Source: a virus (lineage: Duplodnaviria > Caudoviricetes). From it: 64,000 nucleotides of DNA. Shown piece after piece: positions 42,655 to 53,100 of this stretch (position 1 is the first letter of the stretch; each line of letters starts with the position of its first letter). The notes below the pieces were generated by a model. It searched no databases and was not told the DNA's origin. It was given only the letters and a program-made list of their open reading frames with translations. A program made the position numbers and the translations under genes. The DNA lies in IMG/VR virus record IMGVR_UViG_3300009431_000002, positions 137,922 to 201,921 of that record. The stretch is one strand, 5' to 3'.

Positions 42655-45600
42655 CCAATGTCCTCCCGGAGCACTCGACCAGTCACCGCACCGAGAGCTC
42701 CGATGTCACGAGTCAACCAGAAGGCGTGGGGCCCGTCCAGTGACGCTACCACGGCAACGGTTCCGCCTGAACCGAATACTTCAAACAGGTCGCCCCTCTG
42801 AACACCGAGCACTTCGAGGTCCACAGCCGCCGGCACGTCAACATGGTCGTTCACCACATTGAAGTCCGGCGAGTCCCTCAGGATGCGCGCCTGGACGTTG
42901 GCGGGCTGGAACTGGAGGTTGGCCCGCACCTCCAACCAGTGGGGCCCGAGGTTCAGGATCTCGTAGATGCCAGAGTTGACGCCGTCCAGCACGTCCACGA
43001 AGTCGCCAGGCAGTACGGGCACCGTATCGAACCCGAGGATGCTGGACTCGTTGAACTGGTAGTAGTCGGTGTGCAGCACCTCGAGGTTGTTGACCGCGTA
43101 GACCTCCACCCGAGGGCGGTAGATGGTGAACCGGACCGTGCTCTCCGGGCACACCAAGGCCTCGCGGTCCCACGCATGCGGGCCGCCGGGGGTGTCAAAC
43201 ACGATCTCGCACGAGTCGCCCGCGGAGTTCTGCGGCGGCGTCGGGCTGACGTAGACCTCCGAGACGTTAGGGAAGCCGTCGAGGATCTCGTACTCGCCGG
43301 TGTTCGGGCCTTCGAGGATGCGAAGCGTCGCGCTGAGCTGCGTCCTCCGAAGGTCTGTCCGCTCCGCCCGGACCGCAGTCTCCTCGTCGATGACGACGGT
43401 GGGCGACCCCGCGTTGCAGGAGCACGTCATCCCCGTGATGGGCCCATCCAAGTACCGGCGGACGATCCTCCAGGCACCGAGGTTGCCGTCGGGCGGGGGT
43501 GGGTAGACCTTCACCTCGCGCCAGTACTGCCCGGGGGCTGGCTCCTGCATCTCCAGGATGATGAACCTGCGCGGTGTTCCCACAAATGGGAACGTCAGCA
43601 GCTCGTCGTCGGTGGTCACGCCGTCCGGGTACAGGCTGTCCGTGTCCAGCTCAACCATGGATGTCGCGGCCGTGCCCATCGCGGTTCCGCCCGCGTCCAG
43701 CGGGTTCTCCACGATGCGGCCGATCACGAAGTTCAGGTCCTCACCGTCCTGGATGCCGGCCATCGTCGGTCCTGGGAGGTGTGGGGTGCGGACCTGGATG
43801 TCGTCGAGTTCCAACGCGCCGCTGGCGACGCCGATGATGGCGTACCAGCCCTGGTTCGGGCCGGCGTCAGGCAGGTAGAGCACGTCCCCCACCTTCACCA
43901 TGTCGCCGCCGGTGTAGGTGTCCAAGGCCTCCGAGAAGAACCTGCTCGGCACCTGCGTCGTGACCAGTCCCGTGAAGCCGCCACGTGCCGACGTGGCCTG
44001 CACCGACCCCGCCTGCATCGCCAGGTCGTCGCCGCTGAACAGCACCCGGCACGACAGCGCCCCGACGTCCTCAAGGTGCAGGGGCAGCGACCGTCCACTC
44101 CAGTCGTCCATCATCGGCGTGGCCGCGATGCTCAGCGAGGGGCTGTCGTAGAAGTTGGGGTGGTGGACGAAGCCCAGCGTGTCCGTGACCTCCACCACAT
44201 CGGCGAGGTACAGGCGCAACACGGCGTCCAACTCGGTCCACGCCGGCTTGATGGCGTTGGCGAACTCGACGGCGACTGCGAAGTCCTCGGGGCCCACGGC
44301 CTGCGCGTTGGCGCGCATCCGCCACGTGTGGAACTTCCGCAGCTCGGCCTGCTGGCCCTGCGACTGTAGGCCCATCCACCACGTCGGGTCCGTGAGGTAG
44401 TCCTGCACGTCGACGCCGCGGGAGAGCGGGGTGAAGCGGTCGACGATGTCGCCGACGGCGTACTGGACACCCGTGTCCGGGTTCTCGGCGATGCCCGTCA
44501 GCTCGTCGGCCCCCACCGTGGGTGGAGCCGGGTAGAGGTAGGTCCGGACGATGCCCAGTGGCTCGTCGGTGTGGGCGTCGACGTCCTCCACGAGCACCCG
44601 ACCGAACTCTGGTGTGCCGTCGGGCTTGAGGGAGTACACGTCGTTGATGTCGACGATCACGCCCCGCGCCACCGCCACCGGCAGCCCGAGGAGGATGTGG
44701 GCGCCGACTGCGATGTTGTACAGGGACGGGCCGTTGGCGAACGCGTACAGCAGCCCCTCGACCGCGTGCTTGTAGGTGACCGACCGGGTTTCGCGCTCCG
44801 AGAGCTGCTCCACCGTCAAGGCGACTGCGACGCCGAAGTTGCTCTCGACGACGGGCGCGTTGTCGATGAACGTGGTCTCGGCCCACAACCTCGACGGCGC
44901 GGGCTCGTTGGCGGTCCACAGGTCGTCGTCGAACCGGACGAACCGGCCGGCTCCGCGTCGTGTGGCGGTGAACTCGACGTTGACCTCGTCGCTGAACACG
45001 GTGTCCCCGGTGGCCTCGAACTTCAGCAGCACGGCCGTGTTGCTCTGGACCTGCTGCACCACCCAGGTGCCCGCGTTGGGCCCATGCTCAACCTCGACCT
45101 CGTCCCCAGAGCGCACGCGCTTGCGCAGGAACTCGGCCGTCGGCGACTCCAGCGTGCTCGTCGACGCCTGGAACTCGCCGTCGCGGCACAGGAACCCCGA
45201 CTCGTCGTCGACCGTGTAGTCCCGGTTCTCCAGCAGGGTGACGGGAAGCTGGTCGAGCTCGGTGCGCTCACCGTCCCGGGTGAGCAGGATGAGCTCTGTG
45301 CCCGTGTCCTGGACTGTCGGCGGCCGGACATACTCACGCAGGCAGGGGATGGAGATCACGCGCGGGTCCACGGCGATCTGGCTGTTCCGCACCACCGCGG
45401 TGACCGAGATGTTCACGGAGAAGGGGCCGATGTCGATGTCGGCGGTGTGGCGGATGGGGATGTTGCCGTACAGCTCGTTGAACGACCCCGACGTGAGCGT
45501 GTCCGACGCCTCCTGCCCCTCGCCATCCAGCAGCAACGTGCCGAACACGTCGGCCGCCACGCCCGTCATCCCCAGCGCCTCGGCGAGGGTCACCTTCTCG

Positions 45601-47420
45601 GTGACGCTCGCGTCGGCCGGCTCCCCGCCCACAATGGGGTCCAGCGTGGGCTCAAACCCCAAGCGGTTGCGGTCGACACCCACGACCGTGCCGTAGAAGT
45701 CGGCGACGGCCCCGTTGTCCACTCGGCGGACCACGCCCTCGAGGCGGTCTCCTGCAGAGACGCCGAGCTCCTCGAAGTCGATCTCCTCGGACACGAGCGT
45801 TGCCGGCACACGCCACGTCAGCCCCGACAGCTTCGACGGCGCCATGGCGCGGTCCAGCACGGCGAGACCCACCTCACCGGGGCCGGTCGGCGTGGCCGGG
45901 AGCTCGTCCGTCTCGTAGGCGTCCAACATGGTGTAGGCGCGGTCGTCGACCACGATGACGCGGCCTGCGATGGCGCCGACGGCGTCGATGCGGAAGCTCA
46001 CATCGTCCATCGGGAAGGGGCCGACGAAGGGGCGGTCGACGATGTACCCGGTCCGGGGGTCGTTGAGGTCCGCGATGACGTACCGGCCTGCGTTGTCGCC
46101 GTCGAGGATCACGATGGCCCGGCCAGCGGCGCTCTCGAAGGTCTTGCTCGCCCCGACTACGATCTCGGTGGCCGACTTCACCGTCGCCTTGCCTGTCATC
46201 GGTGCGGGGGCCAGCGCGGGGAGGTCCGACGTGTCCGCGGGCACTTGGAGCAGGTCGGTGAAGGCGGACTCACCCTCCGGGACCGTGACCTCCACGGTGT
46301 TGTAGACCGTGAACTGCAGCCCAGAGTTGCTCGTCGTGAGGCTACGCGCCAGACGCAAGCTGCCATCGTCGGGCAGGCCGTCCGCGAGCCCGATGCCTGT
46401 GATCTCGTAGAAGCCGCGGTCGGCCCCCTCAGAGATGCGGAGCACGTCGCCGGCCTCGAAGCCCGACAGCGCCGCGAAGTTGGTGCCTGACGACTGGACG
46501 ATGTCGAAGCCGGCGTTGGTCACCAGGTCGTTGGACGACGCGATCACGTCATCTGCGGGGGCGGGCAGCGGCGTCGCCCGGGACAGGGTGTATCCCGACA
46601 GCCCGCGGGCGACGCCGCGGATGGTGTAGGTGCCCCGGTTGCCCGGCACGCCGTTGCTGCTGACCACCTCGACCTCGACGCCTGCCGCCGTCGGGCGCGC
46701 GACGCCCTCGATGACGCGAATCTCGCTGGCGGAGATGACGATGGCGCGGATGGTCTCCGAGAACGGACCAGTCGCGGCGTCCAGGCCCTCCTGCTCGTTG
46801 CCCTGGATGAAGTACGTCTGCGCGGGCGTCAGGTCGATCCGCGGCTCGTAGGCCAGCCATCGACGGGCAACCTGGTCCTGGATGTGCTGGATGCTCTTGT
46901 TGTGGTCCGTCTCCAGGAGCCGTTGGAGCTCGGAGGCCGCGACCTGCATGTAGGCCGACCAGATGATCGGCAGGACATCCGACTGCTGGAAGTGCCGAGG
47001 CCAGAAGTCCGAGATGGTCCGGAGCAGGAAGCGGGCGTCGGGCGTGACATCCGTGCACGTCGGCATGAGTGCCGCGGACACCAGAACCGAGGTCTCCGCG
47101 GGCACGCTGTCGAACTGACCATCGTTGACGACCACCTGCAGGCGGTACATCCCCACGATGTCCGGCGTGAACGCGACCGCGCCGCCATCGTCGTCCAGGT
47201 CCTCGAAGGAGTCGTTGTTGGCCTCGCTGCCGATGGGAACCTCGAGGAAGGTCCACGCGTAGGTGAGGTCGGCCCCCTCGGGGTCGTAGCTGCTGCGCGC
47301 ATCGAACTTGACGATGGAGCCGATGACGGCGGAGTGCTGGATGGGCGACACCATCGCAACAGGCGCCTGGTTGCCCGCTTGGAGGCCGTAGCTGAAGAAG
47401 CTGAAGGTCGTGTTCGCCAT
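42651..47420 (-). CDS. Large baseplate wedge-like protein with N-terminal PKD/Ig domain, 1589 aa
   Basis: FDARSSYDPEGADLTYAW...GMYRLQVVVNDG PKD signature; repeated GD-x-L-x-I...G-x-N-x-G-x-Y modules. Confidence 0.6.
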   Translation of the reverse strand: MANTTFSFFSYGLQAGNQAPVAMVSPIQHSAVIGSIVKFDARSSYDPEGADLTYAWTFLEVPIGSEANNDSFEDLDDDGGAVAFTPDIVGMYRLQVVVNDGQFDSVPAETSVLVSAALMPTCTDVTPDARFLLRTISDFWPRHFQQSDVLPIIWSAYMQVAASELQRLLETDHNKSIQHIQDQVARRWLAYEPRIDLTPAQTYFIQGNEQEGLDAATGPFSETIRAIVISASEIRVIEGVARPTAAGVEVEVVSSNGVPGNRGTYTIRGVARGLSGYTLSRATPLPAPADDVIASSNDLVTNAGFDIVQSSGTNFAALSGFEAGDVLRISEGADRGFYEITGIGLADGLPDDGSLRLARSLTTSNSGLQFTVYNTVEVTVPEGESAFTDLLQVPADTSDLPALAPAPMTGKATVKSATEIVVGASKTFESAAGRAIVILDGDNAGRYVIADLNDPRTGYIVDRPFVGPFPMDDVSFRIDAVGAIAGRVIVVDDRAYTMLDAYETDELPATPTGPGEVGLAVLDRAMAPSKLSGLTWRVPATLVSEEIDFEELGVSAGDRLEGVVRRVDNGAVADFYGTVVGVDRNRLGFEPTLDPIVGGEPADASVTEKVTLAEALGMTGVAADVFGTLLLDGEGQEASDTLTSGSFNELYGNIPIRHTADIDIGPFSVNISVTAVVRNSQIAVDPRVISIPCLREYVRPPTVQDTGTELILLTRDGERTELDQLPVTLLENRDYTVDDESGFLCRDGEFQASTSTLESPTAEFLRKRVRSGDEVEVEHGPNAGTWVVQQVQSNTAVLLKFEATGDTVFSDEVNVEFTATRRGAGRFVRFDDDLWTANEPAPSRLWAETTFIDNAPVVESNFGVAVALTVEQLSERETRSVTYKHAVEGLLYAFANGPSLYNIAVGAHILLGLPVAVARGVIVDINDVYSLKPDGTPEFGRVLVEDVDAHTDEPLGIVRTYLYPAPPTVGADELTGIAENPDTGVQYAVGDIVDRFTPLSRGVDVQDYLTDPTWWMGLQSQGQQAELRKFHTWRMRANAQAVGPEDFAVAVEFANAIKPAWTELDAVLRLYLADVVEVTDTLGFVHHPNFYDSPSLSIAATPMMDDWSGRSLPLHLEDVGALSCRVLFSGDDLAMQAGSVQATSARGGFTGLVTTQVPSRFFSEALDTYTGGDMVKVGDVLYLPDAGPNQGWYAIIGVASGALELDDIQVRTPHLPGPTMAGIQDGEDLNFVIGRIVENPLDAGGTAMGTAATSMVELDTDSLYPDGVTTDDELLTFPFVGTPRRFIILEMQEPAPGQYWREVKVYPPPPDGNLGAWRIVRRYLDGPITGMTCSCNAGSPTVVIDEETAVRAERTDLRRTQLSATLRILEGPNTGEYEILDGFPNVSEVYVSPTPPQNSAGDSCEIVFDTPGGPHAWDREALVCPESTVRFTIYRPRVEVYAVNNLEVLHTDYYQFNESSILGFDTVPVLPGDFVDVLDGVNSGIYEILNLGPHWLEVRANLQFQPANVQARILRDSPDFNVVNDHVDVPAAVDLEVLGVQRGDLFEVFGSGGTVAVVASLDGPHAFWLTRDIGALGAVTGRVLREDIG

Positions 47421-47428
47421 CCGGGCTC

Positions 47429-49723
47429 CTACGGGTCGGTATCCGCTACCTCGACGACCAGGTTGAGGTGCCCGTCGAAGGCGTGCTCATCCATCTCCTC
47501 CTGCGACAGGGAGCGGCGCACGGAGAGATCATACCCCCGGCTCGTTCCGATCCGTACAGCCTTCCAGGACGACGTGCACTGCCTCGTCGTGTCGCTCGAC
47601 CCGACCACCACGGATGGCACGAGGGTCTCCGCGCCGTTGGGGAGGTCGATGTCGGACCACTGCACGTCGATTATCGGGGTGTCGGCGTTGTCCACGTACA
47701 GTCGGACGTAGCTCCCGGGCCGCCTCTCCAGCCTGTAGGTGTGGGCCTCGGTCCAGTCCACAGCGGCCGAGATCGCCTCGCCCTCCTCGGTCTGCAGCAG
47801 GACAGCCTCGAGGGTGCTGGCCGCGTCCGCCCCCTGGAGGTACACGTACTTCGCGCCTGCGGCGGTCTGCGTGGCCATCAGCCGCACGAGGTCGGACATG
47901 TCGTCGATGGAGAACCCGCCGGCGATGGGCTCCTCGGTCGGATTCGGTGAGCCGACGGTGTCGCTCCACGCCGAGATGGAGAAGATGGCCTCGACGAAGA
48001 CCCCGTGCTCTGGCTGGAGATCCGGCAGCGACCGGATGTAGCGGCGCCACCCCGCCGACCCTGCTGTGCCGTACCCGGTATCCGTGAAGACGGCCGCGTC
48101 CCCGACCATAGCCTCCGACCCCGGCCCCGTGGCGTCCAGCGTCCACGCCGCTATAGGCGGCAACGCTCCGGAGCTCGCCTCGTACCGGACGAGGTCGCAG
48201 CTGTACTTGAGGCTCTCGATGCGGAAGGTCCCATAGGTCCGCTGGGTCAGCCCTGGCCGGATGTGGCCGGCGCGTACATGCGCCAGCGCGCTGGCGGGTA
48301 GGTCCCCGCGCCCGACGCTCGCGGCGGGGACCAGGTCGTCGTCGACGTAGACGTCCACCACGCCAGCCTCACCGTCACTGATGAACAGCAGCTCTCGGGA
48401 TGTCGTCCAGTCGCCGGTGGCTGGCTCGTACCCCGCCTCCTGCTCGGGGGAGACACCGTTGTCCAGCCGGAGGCCGAAGTACGGCGTTGCGAAGTCCGTG
48501 ATCAGGCCGAGGTGTGCCTGGCGCTCTCCGTCGCAGACCTCGATGGCGGCGCCAGCGTGGTTCGTGAGCGACGGTGTCAGCGCCGCGTTGATCCGGGCGC
48601 GCAGGTACCACCCCGGGCTCGGCAGCAGCCCTGGCTCCTCACGCTCGATGTAGCACTCCTCCAGCCCCTGCGTGCTGTCCTGCGCGATGACGAGCTGCGT
48701 GGTCGACGGCGTGAAGGTCCCCTCGATCTCGGGCGTCGCCCACGGCGGGTCGGCTTCGGCCACGTCGACGTTCATGGGCAGCTCGACGAGGTCGTCGGGG
48801 GTCAGTGCGATCTCGGCCCCGTGCCACGACACGCCAGCGGTCACCGCGGACATGGCGAGGGGCAGGATCCGCACGGAGTTGTGGGCCGCCTGGTTGCCCA
48901 CTGGCCCGTCGACTCCGAAGATGGCGAACGCGCGGGTGCTCGTGGCGGGCTCGTGGCCACCGAAGACCGCGTTGCCGACGAAGGTGTCGATGGACGAGAA
49001 GGGGATGGCTGCCAGTCGCTGGACGTCACCAGACGCCTCGTCTCGGACGTACACCTCGACCTGGAGGACGGCCGGCGCCTCGTTCCATCGCACCAAGTAG
49101 GTCGTGTCGAGCGACCAGTCGTAGGCGACGTCCGCCAAGGTCTGTCGCGCGCCGGCGCCGATGGCGGGGCCGGTGATGACGACTCGTCGGGTGCCGGCGT
49201 CGTCGCACAGCATCAGGAAGACGCCGCGGTTGCGCAGGCCCGACACCGACCCGAGCATCACCCCGGTGAACCGCGGGTCCTCGAAGTATGGGACGGCGGC
49301 TGTGGTGTACGCGACGACCTCGGGCCGGAACTCGACGTGGAACCCGTCGCCGTCCTCCAACACCTCGGACATGACGTAGTGGCTCTTGAGCGGGCCCGCG
49401 GAGGGCATCGACATGTCGAGGAAGCCGGCCGACGCATCGGCGTCCGCGGGGTCTACGTGAGACGGACCGGCCCAGTCGTTGAAGCTCTCCAGCCTGACCT
49501 CACGGGATGCGTCCGTCTCCAGGAAGCTCGGCGTCTCTTCGGGCAGCAAGGAGGTGTTGGCGGGCTCGTACAGGACAGACCCGTAGGCCAACCCGATCTG
49601 CAGGGAGCTGAGGTCGACGCGCGTGTTCTCGTCGCGTACACCGAACCGGATGGGCCTGTCCACCTCGACGCCTGCGGAGCCTGGGGCGGGGCTTCTGTTG
49701 ACGACGAGCGGTTCAACAGCCAC
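47429..49723 (-). CDS. Virion protein with N-terminal Ig-like domain and lectin-like beta-sandwiches, 764 aa
   Basis: PLVVNRSPAPGSAGV..DRPIRF Ig start; SD AGGAGG. Confidence 0.6.
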   Translation of the reverse strand: MAVEPLVVNRSPAPGSAGVEVDRPIRFGVRDENTRVDLSSLQIGLAYGSVLYEPANTSLLPEETPSFLETDASREVRLESFNDWAGPSHVDPADADASAGFLDMSMPSAGPLKSHYVMSEVLEDGDGFHVEFRPEVVAYTTAAVPYFEDPRFTGVMLGSVSGLRNRGVFLMLCDDAGTRRVVITGPAIGAGARQTLADVAYDWSLDTTYLVRWNEAPAVLQVEVYVRDEASGDVQRLAAIPFSSIDTFVGNAVFGGHEPATSTRAFAIFGVDGPVGNQAAHNSVRILPLAMSAVTAGVSWHGAEIALTPDDLVELPMNVDVAEADPPWATPEIEGTFTPSTTQLVIAQDSTQGLEECYIEREEPGLLPSPGWYLRARINAALTPSLTNHAGAAIEVCDGERQAHLGLITDFATPYFGLRLDNGVSPEQEAGYEPATGDWTTSRELLFISDGEAGVVDVYVDDDLVPAASVGRGDLPASALAHVRAGHIRPGLTQRTYGTFRIESLKYSCDLVRYEASSGALPPIAAWTLDATGPGSEAMVGDAAVFTDTGYGTAGSAGWRRYIRSLPDLQPEHGVFVEAIFSISAWSDTVGSPNPTEEPIAGGFSIDDMSDLVRLMATQTAAGAKYVYLQGADAASTLEAVLLQTEEGEAISAAVDWTEAHTYRLERRPGSYVRLYVDNADTPIIDVQWSDIDLPNGAETLVPSVVVGSSDTTRQCTSSWKAVRIGTSRGYDLSVRRSLSQEEMDEHAFDGHLNLVVEVADTDP

Positions 49724-49752
49724 TTGTACTGGCCCTCCTGGCGTTATACGGT
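49724..49752 (+). promoter_or_regulatory. sigma70-type leaderless promoter TTGTAC-N17-TACGGT
   Basis: -10 ends exactly 6 nt before GTG 49759; no SD upstream of that gene. Confidence 0.5.
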
Positions 49753-49758
49753 TCCTAC

Positions 49759-50151
49759 GTGGCCCGGCCCCGCCAACTGTTGGACCCGGAGGTTACGGCG
49801 CAGCTGCTGGAGGGGCACACGTGCACTCTACCAGAACTGTACCGGCCTGTTGACGAGCAGTTCGAGAAGCTACGCTGCCCGAAGTGCGGAAGCAAGGTCG
49901 AGCGCGTGGTCGACACGAAGCGGCCGTTCACCGACCGCGACATCATCCCCAACTACCTCGCCCGCTGCCCGGTCTGCGACCTCGAGATGACACCCGAGGG
50001 GATCATCACCAAGACCGGCGGCATCCCCAAGGAGGGGCCGAACCCGTCCGAGGGGATGAGCACGGTAGACCCGCGCAACACCTTCATCGCCGAGCAGGCC
50101 ATCGAGCAGGTCATCGGATCACGCCGCGGCCGACCTGGCGGGTCAGGATGA
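49759..50151 (+). CDS. Zn-ribbon protein antisense to the tail operon, 130 aa
   Basis: CPKC...CPVC; GC3-rich; fills the gap between two minus-strand genes. Confidence 0.7.
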   Translation: MARPRQLLDPEVTAQLLEGHTCTLPELYRPVDEQFEKLRCPKCGSKVERVVDTKRPFTDRDIIPNYLARCPVCDLEMTPEGIITKTGGIPKEGPNPSEGMSTVDPRNTFIAEQAIEQVIGSRRGRPGGSG

Positions 50152-53100
50152 TGTGCTCGCCGGCGGGGATGTCCTCGTCGGCGCCCGTCGCCAGCGCTCC
50201 AGGGATGAAGAAGGACGTCCGGTTGCTGCCGTTGAAGTAGACCTCGGTGTCACCACCCAGCTTGTCCTCCGACCTGTCGGCCACCATCCTCCGGTCGAGG
50301 TCGTGCGTGACCGCCGCAAGCGTCGATGGGTGGTTCCACCCCGTCGCTCCCGACGTCCGCATCTTGTCCTCGACGGCCGCGACTCCCAGCTCGTCCAAGG
50401 GGTCGCGGTCGTTGATGTAGTCGCGCACCTCCGGGTACAGCCCAGCCTCCGTTGCCCCGCCCTGGTACTGGCCGTCGAAGCACACGTAGGACGGCAGGAA
50501 GTGGCGGACCAACGGGTCCGAGTCCGGCGCGCGCTCCTGCCTGGAGGTCACGAACCTCTGGAGCTGGGCCACCAGCGGCGCCCACGTGTACCGCAACTGC
50601 ATGCGCTGGCTGTCCACGGGAATCCGCGAGGCGTGGTCGTCGTCAGCGCCCACCGGCAGCACGGCGGGGCTCACATGGATGGCCACCTCCTCGTGCGTGC
50701 TGAAGGTCAGGCGCGTGTCGTCGGTCTCGTACCTGTATCCCTCGCTGAAGTAGGTCCCGAAGACCATCTCCATCCGCGTCATCGCGGTCAGGTTGTAGAT
50801 GTCGTCGGACCCCGAACTGCGCACCAGGAAGTCGGCGTAGTACATGCAGCCTGCCCGCTGCGTAGCCATCACCGTCGACGACACGCGCTGGACGCCGGGT
50901 CGGATCACCCGGAAGGGCTGGCCGTACCCGTCCACCGGCACGTGCGTCGGGTCGAGGGGGTCCTGCACCGAGAAGGTGGCCACGGCGTTGTCGAGGGTCG
51001 TGTCGACCGCGCTGACCACCCAGACATCAGCGGTGCCGCTGTACAGGCGGAACGGACGGAGGCCCCACAGCTCTGTGCCCCCGACATCCGTCTCCACCGG
51101 AGCCTCCGCCGGTGCGCCGGAGAGCACCCACAGGACATCCGACTCCCGGGAGTCCGCGGGGAAGTACCCGGCCGGAATCTCCAGGTCCACCCAAGCCCCC
51201 GAGGTCGTGTCGACGTCCAGCACCTTGTACGAGCCATTCGTGGCCGGGTAGTGCGAGCCGTAGATGGTGAGGTACCGGCCCAGGTCGTCGGTGTCGAAGG
51301 TGCCAGCGGTCACGGTGAACCGGGTGTTCTCGGCGACGTCACCGTCCCACGAACCGTCGTTGCCGTCCTTCAGCGGCGTGGACGAGTTGTCGGTCATCAC
51401 ATGATCGACCACGAGCTCCAAGGCGCTGATGGACTCCACGACATAGCCGCCGGCGTCCAGGCCCTCCTCGAGGAAGAGCAGGTCGCCTGCCTGGACGCCG
51501 AGCGTCACGAAGTCGATGCCTGCGGACTCCAGCACCTCGATGCGCGCCGTGTCCCTGCGGATACGCGCGGCCGGGATGCGGTCCTTGCTCGGTGCTTGGT
51601 CGTACCCGTAGCCGATGGCCGGGTCGAACGTGAGGTACCCGTAGCCGCCGCTCGTCGCAGCCGAGGACTGGTCCACGTCGACGACCACGGCGCCGCCGAC
51701 CTCGACGGAGGCGACGACGACGGTGTCGCCGACCGCCGTGACGGTGAGCACCGGCACCCCGGCGTCCTCCGTGAACGAGGGCACGTTCATGGCCGCGGCT
51801 GCGGCCGCGGCGTCGGCAACTGCAACGCTCTCCGGGAAGGTGAAGCTCTGCGTGTGGGTGCCGCTCGAATCCTCAACATCGACGCTGATGGTGGCGAAGG
51901 CGGGCCCCGTACCCAGCGGTGTGGTCCACGCAGGATGTCCATTGAGGGCGGCGCCCGTGGTGACGTCCGCCTCGATGGTGACGGTGGCGCCCCCCTCGAT
52001 GGTCGTCATCACGAGGCTGTTCCCGCTGGCGGTCAGCGACAGCACCTGGGTGCCGCCGTCGTCCTCGAAGCCAGCCGCCAGCATCTCGGCGAGCAGTTGC
52101 GCCATGTCGTTGTAGGTCGCCCCCGGGACGACCAAGATGACGGGGCCGTTCTGCGCCTGCCCGACGTGCGTGAACTCCTGGACGTGCGTCCCGTTGGGGT
52201 CGATCACGGTCGCTCGGATGGTCTCGGCCGAGTGCCCCTGGCTGGTCCCCACGGCGCCGGCCGCCGTGTTCCACGGGATGGGGCCGCCGCCCGTTGACAA
52301 CGCGGTGGACCCGGGCACGACGAAGATGGAGGTCTGCACGCCCGTCTCGAGCGTCCGGATGGCCAGGACCATCTGACCAGGCACGGAGCTGTTGAGGGTC
52401 TCCGCCTGCACCAGCCCGGCCGTGAACGCGGCGTCGGCGTTCAGCTCGTCCCGGATGTCTGTCAGGGAGATGTTCCCCGCAGCGAACGAGTGCTGGAGGG
52501 TCGCGGTCATACCGATGGATGGCGCGTTGACCGTGATCTGCAGGATCTCGCCGCCGGCGAAGACGAAGGGCCCCACAGGCGGGACAGCCTCGGACCACAC
52601 CCTGGCGGACTCCTCCGCCTCAGCCACGTAGGGGAAGGTGATGGCGTCGGAGGTGATGACCGCCTCGGTCTCCGGCGGCGTGAACGCGGACACGTCGTCC
52701 GAGATCACGACAGCGTTGCCCCCCGTTGCCCGCTCCGAGGGCAAGCAGAACAGCTCCTCGTGGATCTCCACGAAGTCCCGGCCCTCGAGGAACATCAGCT
52801 CGATGGGCGCGGGGACGGACATGTCCGTGATTCGCAACTGGGAGTTGGTCCCCTGCGACACGACCTCGAGGTCGCGCGGGAGGTCCTGCTCCAGCGTGTC
52901 CTCCGAGCTCTCCTTGCTCGGGAAGACCTGATGCGGGTCGGCGTCCGGCGACGGCGTGTACAGGGCCTCCTCTGCCCCGACCACGGCCGACCACAGCGTG
53001 GGCTGGCCAGCGTGGATGGTGATGGGGACGTCGTCCACCTCCTCGGCCAGCAGGACCGTGCACTCCCCGCCGGAGTCCACCTCGATGGTGGTCGGCTCGG

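Noticed and set aside
49743-49748. Minus-strand TATAAC as a promoter for the 764-aa gene
   Set aside because: Lacks the T at -7 and has no -35 or AGTGCAA at a suitable distance; cannot be supported.
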